Of a DNA stretch of 18,968 bases, positions 1 to 6,699 are shown piece after piece (position 1 is the first letter of the stretch; each line of letters starts with the position of its first letter). The stretch is taken from NCBI GenBank assembly GCA_038208905.1, contig JBBQYG010000064.1:1-18968 (forward strand). Reading direction: 5' to 3'. Source of the DNA: Candidatus Sumerlaeia bacterium (GTDB taxonomy: Bacteria > Sumerlaeota > Sumerlaeia > SLMS01). A program made the translations under genes and the position numbers. The notes below the pieces were generated by a model. That model was given only the letters and a program-made list of their open reading frames with translations. It ran no database searches and had not been told where the DNA came from.

Positions 1-232
1 CCATCTCGACGGAGGTAATCTCCGGGAGATCCTCGACAATGCGGCGCTCGATGCCCATCTTGAGGGTCATCAGCGAGCTTGAGCATCCGCTGCACGCGCC
101 GTGGAGCTCGATGTAGAGGATGTTGTCCTCGATCTTGTTGAAGGCGACATCGCCGCCGTCGGCCTGGAGGTAGGGGCGGAGCTGCTCCAGGATTTCCTTC
201 GCGCGGGTTTCAGTGGCTTCAGTGGCGGGCAT
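1..232 (-). CDS. NifU/Nfu-domain Fe-S cluster carrier protein (3' end beyond window)
   Basis: Not in the ORF track; translated by hand from ATG at 232: MPATEATETRAKEILEQLRPYLQADGGDVAFNKIEDNILYIELHGACSGCSSSLMTLKMGIERRIVEDLPEITSVEM. It carries the Nfu hallmarks RPYLxxDGGD and GACxxC..TLK.GIE. AGGAGG RBS at 238-243. Confidence 0.93.
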   Translation of the reverse strand, partial: MPATEATETRAKEILEQLRPYLQADGGDVAFNKIEDNILYIELHGACSGCSSSLMTLKMGIERRIVEDLPEITSVEM

Positions 233-253
233 TGCGGCCTCCTCGGGGGGTGT

Positions 254-279
254 TGATGGCGGGGAATCATCCGCCATCA
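254..279. other. Perfect 9-bp inverted repeat upstream of the Nfu gene
   Basis: TGATGGCGG (254-262), 8-nt loop, CCGCCATCA (271-279); lies about 10 nt upstream of the RBS on the - strand. Confidence 0.5.
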
Positions 280-330
280 GTGTCTCGTCGGGAAAGGGCA
301 AAGATCGGGCCAGCCACTGAGGAGCCTCAC

Positions 331-366
331 TGACCATGTTGACCAGATGGACCGTGTTGACGGGAT
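331..366. repeat. Degenerate 9-bp tandem repeat, 4 copies
   Basis: tgaccatgt | tgaccagat | ggaccgtgt | tgacgggat. Confidence 0.6.
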
Positions 367-390
367 TCGCCGCGCCCCCGTGCCCTCACG

Positions 391-756
391 GGGGGAGTAG
401 TCGCCGAAGATCGCCTCGGCGATGGCTGTGCCGCCCTCCTCTCCGCCATACCAGAAATGGATGATGGCTCGGACGTTTTCGGCGGCCCACGTGATCGAGA
501 GCGCGCTGCCGCAGACGAGCACGAGGACCACCGGTTTCCCCGTGGCGACGACGGCTTCCAGAAGTTGCTGCTGAGCGCCGGGCAGGCCCAGCGACGCCCG
601 ATCGCCTGCAGCGTCGGCGTTGGAGGCGTCGCCTTGCTCGCCCTCGAGCTCCGCCGAAAGGCCGAGGACGAGGATCGCGATGTCCGATCGCTGGGCCGTG
701 GCGACGGCCTCGAGCAGGTTCCCCTCGTTCCACCAATTGTATTCGTCGATTTCCCC
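391..756 (-). pseudogene. Glycoside hydrolase family 3 C-terminal domain fragment (beta-glucosidase/xylosidase remnant)
   Basis: Within ORF 277..909: EAVATAQRSDIAILVLGLSAELEGEQGD..GDRASLGLPGAQQQLLEAVVATGKPVVLVL..WYGGEEGGTAIAEAIFGDYSP is typical GH3_C. The N-terminal TIM barrel is missing, there is no own start codon after the upstream gene's stop, and similarity stops before the expected GRLPxT. Confidence 0.8.
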
Positions 757-776
757 GGGAGGATTCTGCGCGGAGA

Positions 777-2036
777 CTACTGGGAGATTTCGGCGAGGGC
801 CATGGGGCCGTCGGGAAGGGCGACGATCTTGCAGCGCTGGCCGTGGCTCTGCATGGCGCCAAGGATCGCCTCGTTCATGTCGCGGCTCGGCGTTAGCCCC
901 GCGGCCCAAATGTCATCCTCGTCCACTGTCCTGTTAAAGAGGATCACTTCGTGATCCTGCAGGATTCGGTGGAGCCTCTGGATGATCCACTGGCCGGGGC
1001 GGAAACCATCCCCGCGGGAGAGCGATTCAAGGGATTCCTTGATCGACTGATTCTTGCGGATTAGCCCCTCGAAGCCGCCATCGAGGGCGGCGGCAATGAC
1101 GATGGTGCCATCGGGCTTGAGGACCGACTCGGCGGAACTGAGCGCGGCGACGATGCCGGAGAGCGTGGAGTCGAGGGGGGACCCGCCACCACTAGTCACC
1201 ACGATGTCCATCGGCTCCTTAACCTTGATGCGCATCGCCTCCAGAAGTTTATTCATGGCGGCGAGGTGTGATTTGCCGAAGTGGCCCACATGAACCCCCG
1301 TGATGCGGCCCAGCCCGTCGGTGGTGGCCGAAACGGCCAGATCGCATCCCGCAAGGTTAGTCGCCTCGACGCCGGTCATGTGAAACGGGTTATCGCGGAA
1401 GTTGCCGCTGCGCGAGTTGCGGTCGGCCACATGGGGGAAATCGTACATCGCCCGGAGGGTGACTTCACCGCTGAGGCCCGGCATGATCAAGGCCCTGCCA
1501 CCGGTGAATCCAAGAATCAGATCGGGACGCACGCCGCCCAGAATCACCTTGAATTCCGCGCTGGAATAGGCGCGGTTCACAGTGATTGGAATGCCCTTTG
1601 ACGAAAGCCCCAAGTCGTCCAGGTTCGCCGTGTCATGCGGGTCGTGCAGCACGATGCGATAGTGGGCGCGCGTGTTGGCGTCCACGATCTGCTCGATGGC
1701 GGCGGCCTGGATCGGATTCCAATACCGGTTGGTAAGGACGATGGTGAAGTCGGCGGCCGTCAGGTCGCAGGCGTCCTCGATCAGCTCGATCAGGGCGGGC
1801 AGCAACTCCTGCACGACATGGGGGCTCTCGCTGTCCACGGCGATGGCGCACGTCTTCTTGCCGACGCAAATATTCTCGAGCGCGGGGGCGTCGTCCTCGG
1901 CGAATGCGGCCATCAATTCTCCCCGCCCGTCGGCGCAGGGTGTCATCGGATGCGGACGGTAGCAGCGCCCGTTGATCCAGTTGTCCGGCACGTCGATGGG
2001 GACTTGCTCGGTGCCGTATGCCAGGTTGATGTGCAT
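777..2036 (-). CDS. LarA (nickel-dependent lactate racemase) family protein with degenerate active site
   Basis: 419 aa with LarA fold motifs LAYG, HDP, G.P..VNR, GFTGG...MPG, NPFH, DIVVTSGGGSPLD, VLKPDGTIVIAA and ALPDGP; the catalytic and cofactor-binding His/Lys positions are substituted. Confidence 0.88.
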   Translation of the reverse strand: MHINLAYGTEQVPIDVPDNWINGRCYRPHPMTPCADGRGELMAAFAEDDAPALENICVGKKTCAIAVDSESPHVVQELLPALIELIEDACDLTAADFTIVLTNRYWNPIQAAAIEQIVDANTRAHYRIVLHDPHDTANLDDLGLSSKGIPITVNRAYSSAEFKVILGGVRPDLILGFTGGRALIMPGLSGEVTLRAMYDFPHVADRNSRSGNFRDNPFHMTGVEATNLAGCDLAVSATTDGLGRITGVHVGHFGKSHLAAMNKLLEAMRIKVKEPMDIVVTSGGGSPLDSTLSGIVAALSSAESVLKPDGTIVIAAALDGGFEGLIRKNQSIKESLESLSRGDGFRPGQWIIQRLHRILQDHEVILFNRTVDEDDIWAAGLTPSRDMNEAILGAMQSHGQRCKIVALPDGPMALAEISQ

Positions 2037-2081
2037 GGAGGAGAGCCGGGTAATCCGGTCCGATCAATGGTTTCGGCCCAA

Positions 2082-2110
2082 AGCGTTGAAGCGCGGGCCT
2101 CAGTGGTCAA
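2082..2110 (-). promoter_or_regulatory. Putative sigma70-type promoter of the LarA-family gene
   Basis: TTGACC (2110-2105), 17-nt spacer, AACGCT (2087-2082). Confidence 0.4.
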
Positions 2111-2134
2111 TGGCGGAAAGTGGGGGAGGCTGGA

Positions 2135-3574
2135 CTATCCGCCCGTCACAAACTGCTTCATCTGGAGCGCCCCAAGCCTGACGTAGTTGAAGAACTCCTT
2201 CATCGACCGCGTCTCCCTCAGCGTCCGGGCGATGAATTTGGGGCGCATGTAGAAGCGTCGCAGGCATTCCGTGCGCAGGTGGGCAAGCTGCTCCATGGTC
2301 AGGTGCTTTGTCGGCATGGCGGGAAGGCCATAGGCCTCCTTGGGAATCGATCCGTCCTTCAGCAGGCCCGCCGCGACGGCGTCCTTGTAGAGCGGTGTGC
2401 CGGGGAACGGGTAGGGATAGAAGATCTCGAGGAAGTCGGGGTCGAGTTCCTTGGCGAACTCGATGTCCTGGTGGATCGCGGCCCGGTCGTCGTCGGGGAG
2501 GCCCACGAGAATATAGATAGATCGCTTGATTCCCGCAACACGTGTCATCGCGAGGGCCGCGCGGGCCTGATCGGTGGTGGCCTTCTTGTTGATGGCTTCC
2601 AGGGCAGCGTCAGTCCCCTTCTCGACGCCAAAGGCAATAATCCAGCAACCGGCCTTCTTCATCGCCGCCAGCACATCGGGATTCACCGTGTCGACCCGTG
2701 AATTACTGGCCCAGGAGATGTCCAGCTTCTCCTCCACGATGCGGTCGCACAGCTCGATGACCCACTTCTTGTTCTGGGTGAAGAGGTCACTGCGAAAGAG
2801 GAAGTTCCGGATGCCGTGCTTCTCGACGCACTCCTTGATTTCGCCGATCACGTTCTCCACGGAACGATAGCGATTCTTGAGACCCGAAACCTGATTCGCG
2901 AGGCAGTAGGTGCAGCTGAACGGGCAGCCGCGATTTGTGACGATGGTGGTCTGCTTCTCCCCCGTGTCGGGGCGGAAATACAGCTCGTTGTGGCCCAGAT
3001 GCCTGGCGGGGTAGGGGATGTCGTCGAGGTTTGCGGGGAGGGGGCGCCCCTCGTTGCGGACAACGCGCGTTTCGTCCCGCCAGGTCAGGCCGGGGATGTC
3101 CTTGAGGTGCTTCTCGCCGCGGGCGATCTCCTGACAGGTCTGCTCATACTCGCCGCGCAGGACGATATCCAGCGTCGGCCATTTCTCCAGCGTGTCCACG
3201 TCGAGGGTGTTGAAATGGGCGCCCTTGGCGATTGTGACGATATTGGGATCCACGCGCTTGGCGAGGTCGGCGGCCTTTAAGTCGTCATTGAGGGAGGGCG
3301 TCGTGATGCTCAGGATCAGGAATTCGGGGCGGAAGGCCTTCAGGTCCTTCTCAAACCGCTCCCAGTCCCATTCCTCGCCGGGGTAGTCGGCCAGCTTGCA
3401 GGTGACGCCCACCGACTCGAAGGCGGCGGCGGCGTACATGAGGTCGATGGGGGACCGCAGGGCGACGGTCTTGAGGCGGTCGATGGGGGTTTGGCAGCGG
3501 TCCTCGCGGATGTACCGGCCCGTGGGCGGTACGGCGAAGTAGGCTCTCTTCAGTTCCCCGGGGGTGGAAGTCAT
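2135..3574 (-). CDS. B12-binding domain radical SAM protein (BchE/HpnJ-like)
   Basis: CxxxCxxC in TNRGCPFSCTYC; N-terminal cobalamin-binding-like domain (PIDLMYAAA..SITTPS..KGAHF..VLRGEYE); later RYRSVENV, SRVD, GVEKG and PFPGT. The likely start is ATG 3574 (MTSTPG); the ORF-track start at 3673 adds a low-complexity extension. Confidence 0.9.
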   Translation of the reverse strand: MTSTPGELKRAYFAVPPTGRYIREDRCQTPIDRLKTVALRSPIDLMYAAAAFESVGVTCKLADYPGEEWDWERFEKDLKAFRPEFLILSITTPSLNDDLKAADLAKRVDPNIVTIAKGAHFNTLDVDTLEKWPTLDIVLRGEYEQTCQEIARGEKHLKDIPGLTWRDETRVVRNEGRPLPANLDDIPYPARHLGHNELYFRPDTGEKQTTIVTNRGCPFSCTYCLANQVSGLKNRYRSVENVIGEIKECVEKHGIRNFLFRSDLFTQNKKWVIELCDRIVEEKLDISWASNSRVDTVNPDVLAAMKKAGCWIIAFGVEKGTDAALEAINKKATTDQARAALAMTRVAGIKRSIYILVGLPDDDRAAIHQDIEFAKELDPDFLEIFYPYPFPGTPLYKDAVAAGLLKDGSIPKEAYGLPAMPTKHLTMEQLAHLRTECLRRFYMRPKFIARTLRETRSMKEFFNYVRLGALQMKQFVTGG

Positions 3575-3693
3575 GGTTGAGTGGGTTCCTAGGGTAACGG
3601 CAGTTTGGGACGGTCCAGAGTGGGACGGTGGCGACCCTGACGCATTGATAGATGCCGGGCGTGAGGCCGTCAAGCCGTGTCGCCGCGTGGCGC

Positions 3694-3793
3694 TGGGAAC
3701 GCCGATTTCCTGATCGGCGGCTTTGGGAGGCGCCGATCGGGTGGCACCGGGGGGTTACTGGCAACGACGCCAATCGGGAGATTGGCGTCCCCA
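3694..3793. repeat. Inverted pair of 25-bp REP-like hairpins (REPIN-like)
   Basis: TGGGAACGCCGATTTCCTGATCGGC (3694-3718, +) and TGGGGACGCCAATCTCCCGATTGGC (3793-3769, -) are 20/25 identical, with compensatory changes in the internal hairpin. Confidence 0.7.
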
Positions 3794-3801
3794 TCCACGC
3801 A

Positions 3802-3829
3802 AGTTCGCTAAATATAAATTTAGCACAAA
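3802..3829 (+). other. dif-like Xer recombination site (11-6-11)
   Basis: AGTTCGCTAAA-TATAAA-TTTAGCACAAA is an AT-rich island with inner inverted repeat GCTAAA/TTTAGC around a 6-bp spacer. The left arm resembles the E. coli dif XerC arm GGTGCGCATAA (7/11). It lies 60 nt upstream of a Xer gene. Confidence 0.62.
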
Positions 3830-3854
3830 ACGGGGATGGCTCGCCACGGGGATC

Positions 3855-3883
3855 TTGACGGGGTACCCAGTAGTCCCGAGCCT
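3855..3883 (+). promoter_or_regulatory. Putative promoter of the xer gene (probably leaderless mRNA)
   Basis: TTGACG (3855-3860), 17-nt spacer, GAGCCT (3878-3883), then 6 nt to ATG 3890; no Shine-Dalgarno sequence. Confidence 0.45.
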
Positions 3884-3889
3884 GCCTGC

Positions 3890-4774
3890 ATGAACATCGG
3901 CGAGGCCATGCAGCGGTTTGTCTCCCACCTCGGTGCCGAGAGGAACCTGGCACCCCGGACCATCGCGGCCTATCGCTACGATCTGGACCGGCTGGTGGTT
4001 CATCTTGGCGAGGGGGCCATCGGCCGCAATGTGGCGACCGTGGAATCCTATCAACTCAAGGATTACCTCGCAACGCTTCAGGAGGATTCGAATCTCAAGC
4101 CGGCGACGCTCTGCCGGATTATCTCCTCCATGAAGGTCTTCTTTCGGTGGGCGGAGTCGGAGGGCTACTTGGACGTCTCGCCCGCCGCACGCCTCCGGTC
4201 CCCCCGGAAGCCCCGGAAGCTGCCGGTGTACCTCGTTCCCGAGGATTCCTCCCGCCTGCTGGCCCGGGCAGAACCCGACGCAGCGATGGCCGCCCGGGAC
4301 CAGACCATGGTGAAGGTTCTCATCATGATGGGCCTTCGCCTCTCCGAGCTGGTCGGTATCGATGTGGCGGATGTGGACTTCGAACAGGGCACGATCCGCG
4401 TCCTCGGCAAGGGGAGGAAGGAGCGCCTGGTCCCCATGAACGGAGTCGTGCGCCGGGCTCTCGGCGCGTGGCTGGCCTCGCGCGGGAAGCCAGTCGAGGG
4501 ATGCCGCGCCCTTTTCCTCGACCGCCACGGCAACCGGATCACTGGCCGGATGGTGCAATACGCGCTGCGCAAGGCCGTGAAGGAGTTGGGCCTGGACCCC
4601 CGTGTCAGCCCACACAAGCTGCGTCATACTTTTGCGACCACGCTGTATGCGGAGGAAACCGACCTCCGCGACATCCAGGAACTCCTTGGCCACGCCAACA
4701 TCGCGTCTACTTCGATCTACACGCACACCAACGTGGACAAGGTGAGGGCGGCGGTGGAGAAACTGAAGATGTGA
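3890..4774 (+). CDS. xerC: Tyrosine recombinase, XerC/XerD family
   Basis: Core-binding N-domain (RNLAPRTIAAYRYDL) and a complete catalytic set: GLRLSE (R), GKGRKER (K), PHKLRHTFAT (HxxR), LLGHAN (H), TSIYTH (Y). Start at ATG 3890 preferred over 3836. Confidence 0.92.
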   Translation: MNIGEAMQRFVSHLGAERNLAPRTIAAYRYDLDRLVVHLGEGAIGRNVATVESYQLKDYLATLQEDSNLKPATLCRIISSMKVFFRWAESEGYLDVSPAARLRSPRKPRKLPVYLVPEDSSRLLARAEPDAAMAARDQTMVKVLIMMGLRLSELVGIDVADVDFEQGTIRVLGKGRKERLVPMNGVVRRALGAWLASRGKPVEGCRALFLDRHGNRITGRMVQYALRKAVKELGLDPRVSPHKLRHTFATTLYAEETDLRDIQELLGHANIASTSIYTHTNVDKVRAAVEKLKM

Positions 4775-4796
4775 ATCACGATCATCCGCGATGAAC

Positions 4797-6020
4797 CTAT
4801 GCCCTCTCCGAATGGAGTCGGCGAATAAACCCGCCCAGGAGGGGAATGGCAAAGGAGTAGCGGCCATGGCGGTTCCTGTATACCAGTCCTTTATCCGCCA
4901 GCGTACCCAGCAACTGGATCAGTTGTGAGGAGGAGAAGGGGCGCATTCCCGATTCGCGAACCTTCTCCGAGATTTCCTGAGCCCCGAACTCATCGTCGCA
5001 ATTTGGAAGCATGGATATCGCCCGCAACAGTTCACGCTGGCGATCCGTCACTCTGCTCCAACGCCCCAGGAAGAAGTCGGAATCGAGCTTGCGAATTGCT
5101 CCCGAAACAGGCATCGTTGGCTTTTCGATTCCCATCATTCTCTGCTGCAGGTAGGAATCGTACAACTCCCGACAGAGAAATTGGACGAAGTAGGGATAGC
5201 CGCCGGACGTGGTGACGATTTCCTCCACGGCTGCTTCCGAGAATCTCACTGGACAGGCCTGTGCCTTGATCGGTTTCAAGATCGCGTCCCTGCACTCCAC
5301 GGGGTTCAACCTCCCAAGCGTCGTCACGTGAAACATCCGCTCGGCAAAGGTGCGGGCCTCCACCATCTTGGGGAATAAGGTAGGGAGACCCGTCATCACC
5401 AGAAGAAACGGCACCCGCCTACGTTGGAGGGATTGAAAGACGTCGAGCAGGAGCGAGAGCGGATATTCCTCGCTCCCCGACCGGTCCCCGAGGTTTTGCG
5501 CCTCGTCGTAGGCGAGCACGATCCCCTTGGCGGAGGTGCGGGCCACGCCCTTCCATACCACTTCAAGGACGGCCTTCAGCTTGTCGGACGCAAGACCCGG
5601 GGTGCTTACAAATATCTGGCGAAGCAACTCGAAATTGAGGGTTGTGCGCTTGGTGGAAGATCCACCGGAGAAACCAATCTCGCGAATCAGCTTCGTGTCC
5701 ACCACGACATTCGAGACAAGGGGTGCCAAGTCCGCGAGTACCCGTGTGGCAAAGTGCTCCTCGCTCACGCTCGCGGCTTCCGACAGGTCGGTGCCCGCCC
5801 ACATCCATCCCTTTCGGGGGGCCACGGGCTTGAAGTTATCGAGCAGTACCGTCTTGCCTACGCCGCGCGACCCCGTCAGCACCAGGTTCGTGGTCACGAT
5901 CTTCTGATCGAGGAGGCGGCTGAACTCCTCCATCTCCTCGTCACGGCCGGCTAAGTAGGGCGGCGGGTGTCCCGCGCCCGGCCTGAAGGGGTTATCGAAG
6001 GGGGATTGTGGAGAATTCAC
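4797..6020 (-). CDS. AAA (AAA_16-like) ATP-binding protein with C-terminal winged helix
   Basis: NPFRPGAG.PPPYLAGR N-terminus, Walker A GSRGVGKT, Walker B LAYDEAQ, GxP-type SGGYPYFVQ, and wHTH-like tail LADKGLVYRNRHGRYSFAIPL. GTG start. Confidence 0.88.
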   Translation of the reverse strand: MNSPQSPFDNPFRPGAGHPPPYLAGRDEEMEEFSRLLDQKIVTTNLVLTGSRGVGKTVLLDNFKPVAPRKGWMWAGTDLSEAASVSEEHFATRVLADLAPLVSNVVVDTKLIREIGFSGGSSTKRTTLNFELLRQIFVSTPGLASDKLKAVLEVVWKGVARTSAKGIVLAYDEAQNLGDRSGSEEYPLSLLLDVFQSLQRRRVPFLLVMTGLPTLFPKMVEARTFAERMFHVTTLGRLNPVECRDAILKPIKAQACPVRFSEAAVEEIVTTSGGYPYFVQFLCRELYDSYLQQRMMGIEKPTMPVSGAIRKLDSDFFLGRWSRVTDRQRELLRAISMLPNCDDEFGAQEISEKVRESGMRPFSSSQLIQLLGTLADKGLVYRNRHGRYSFAIPLLGGFIRRLHSERA

Positions 6021-6038
6021 AAGGACGTAGCCCGATCT

Positions 6039-6095
6039 CTAAATTTACAAAAAAGTGTAAATTTAGGTTTCCGGCTACGCAATCCTAAATTTTAC
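6039..6095 (-). promoter_or_regulatory. Promoter of the ATPase gene overlapped by a perfect 11-bp palindromic operator
   Basis: CTAAATTTACA-aaaaag-TGTAAATTTAG (6039-6066) with a third half-site CTAAATTTTAC (6085-6095). On the - strand: TTGCGT (6082-6077), 17-nt spacer, TACACT (6059-6054). Confidence 0.7.
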
Positions 6096-6097
6096 CG

Positions 6098-6220
6098 TCA
6101 GTCGTCCCGCGTCGCCCGAAATGCCTGCAACGCGATGCCGACCCCCGACTTGCGCATGGAGTCGTGTCGGCTGGAGACCTTGTAGGGATTCTTGTATTCG
6201 GGTTCGTTCTGGCTGGACAT
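6098..6220 (-). pseudogene. 40-aa ORF, internally deleted paralog of the adjacent 2-TM protein (small protein or remnant)
   Basis: MSSQNEPEYKNPYKVSSRHDSMRKSGVGIALQAFRATRDD*, with GGAG upstream of the ATG. Both ends align to the 6323..6679 protein; the TM segments are absent. Confidence 0.6.
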
Positions 6221-6322
6221 GGACACGCTCCGCCGGGTGCCGAACGGCGGCACGGATGACTTCGCATCGGATTGAAAGCCTGCTCAACGCCGCGGTAAAA
6301 CTGGGCGAAAGCGCAAGGCGAT

Positions 6323-6679
6323 TCAGTCCCTTAGAATCGTCGGCACCTCGGGCGTTGGTTCGCTCCTGGTCTCGATGATTCCCCGAATTGCGACGGCCAG
6401 TCCGAATAACGCTCCCAGGATTCCGCTGACGGCGACCACGGCCTTAAAGATCGGTGGCATCGCGGGGGTCTGGTAGAGTTCCGTCATGAAATCCGGCCCG
6501 TCCACGACATTGCTCACCACCAATACCCAAGCACCCACGATCCCCGAAAGGGCTCCAAGGATCGCGCAACCACCGACAAGTAACACCAGTTCCCATGGCG
6601 TGGCCCGCCGTCGCCCGTGATGGCGCGTGACGAGCTTGAATCTATTGGTGAATTCAGGCTTTTTGAGACGCCAGGCCAT
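6323..6679 (-). CDS. Hypothetical membrane protein with two TM helices
   Basis: AAGGAG RBS 9 nt before ATG 6679 (MAWRLKK..); hydrophobic Gly-rich segments LVLLVGGCAILGALSGIVGAWVLVV and AVVAVSGILGALFGLAVAI; follows the desulfurase gene directly. Confidence 0.75.
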   Translation of the reverse strand: MAWRLKKPEFTNRFKLVTRHHGRRRATPWELVLLVGGCAILGALSGIVGAWVLVVSNVVDGPDFMTELYQTPAMPPIFKAVVAVSGILGALFGLAVAIRGIIETRSEPTPEVPTILRD

Positions 6680-6699
6680 CTCTGATATCTCCTTGCGTG

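Noticed and set aside
277-909. 210-aa ORF as an intact gene
   Set aside because: The N-terminal ~45 aa overlap the LarA-like gene out of frame and the tail is non-homologous; only 391-756 is GH3-like.
3606-3629. Direct repeat TGGGACGGT x2 upstream of the radical SAM gene
   Set aside because: Only two 9-mers in GC-rich DNA; chance cannot be excluded, and I could not build a cobalamin riboswitch fold here.
3694-4774. Integron (intI with attI/attC)
   Set aside because: The recombinase lacks the IntI-specific insertion before HxxR, and the nearby hairpins lack attC RYYYAAC/GTTRRRY ends.
3755-4867. 370-aa antisense ORF over xer; similar ORFs over the kinase (18009..18899) and the radical SAM gene
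   Set aside because: Antisense shadows of well-supported genes.
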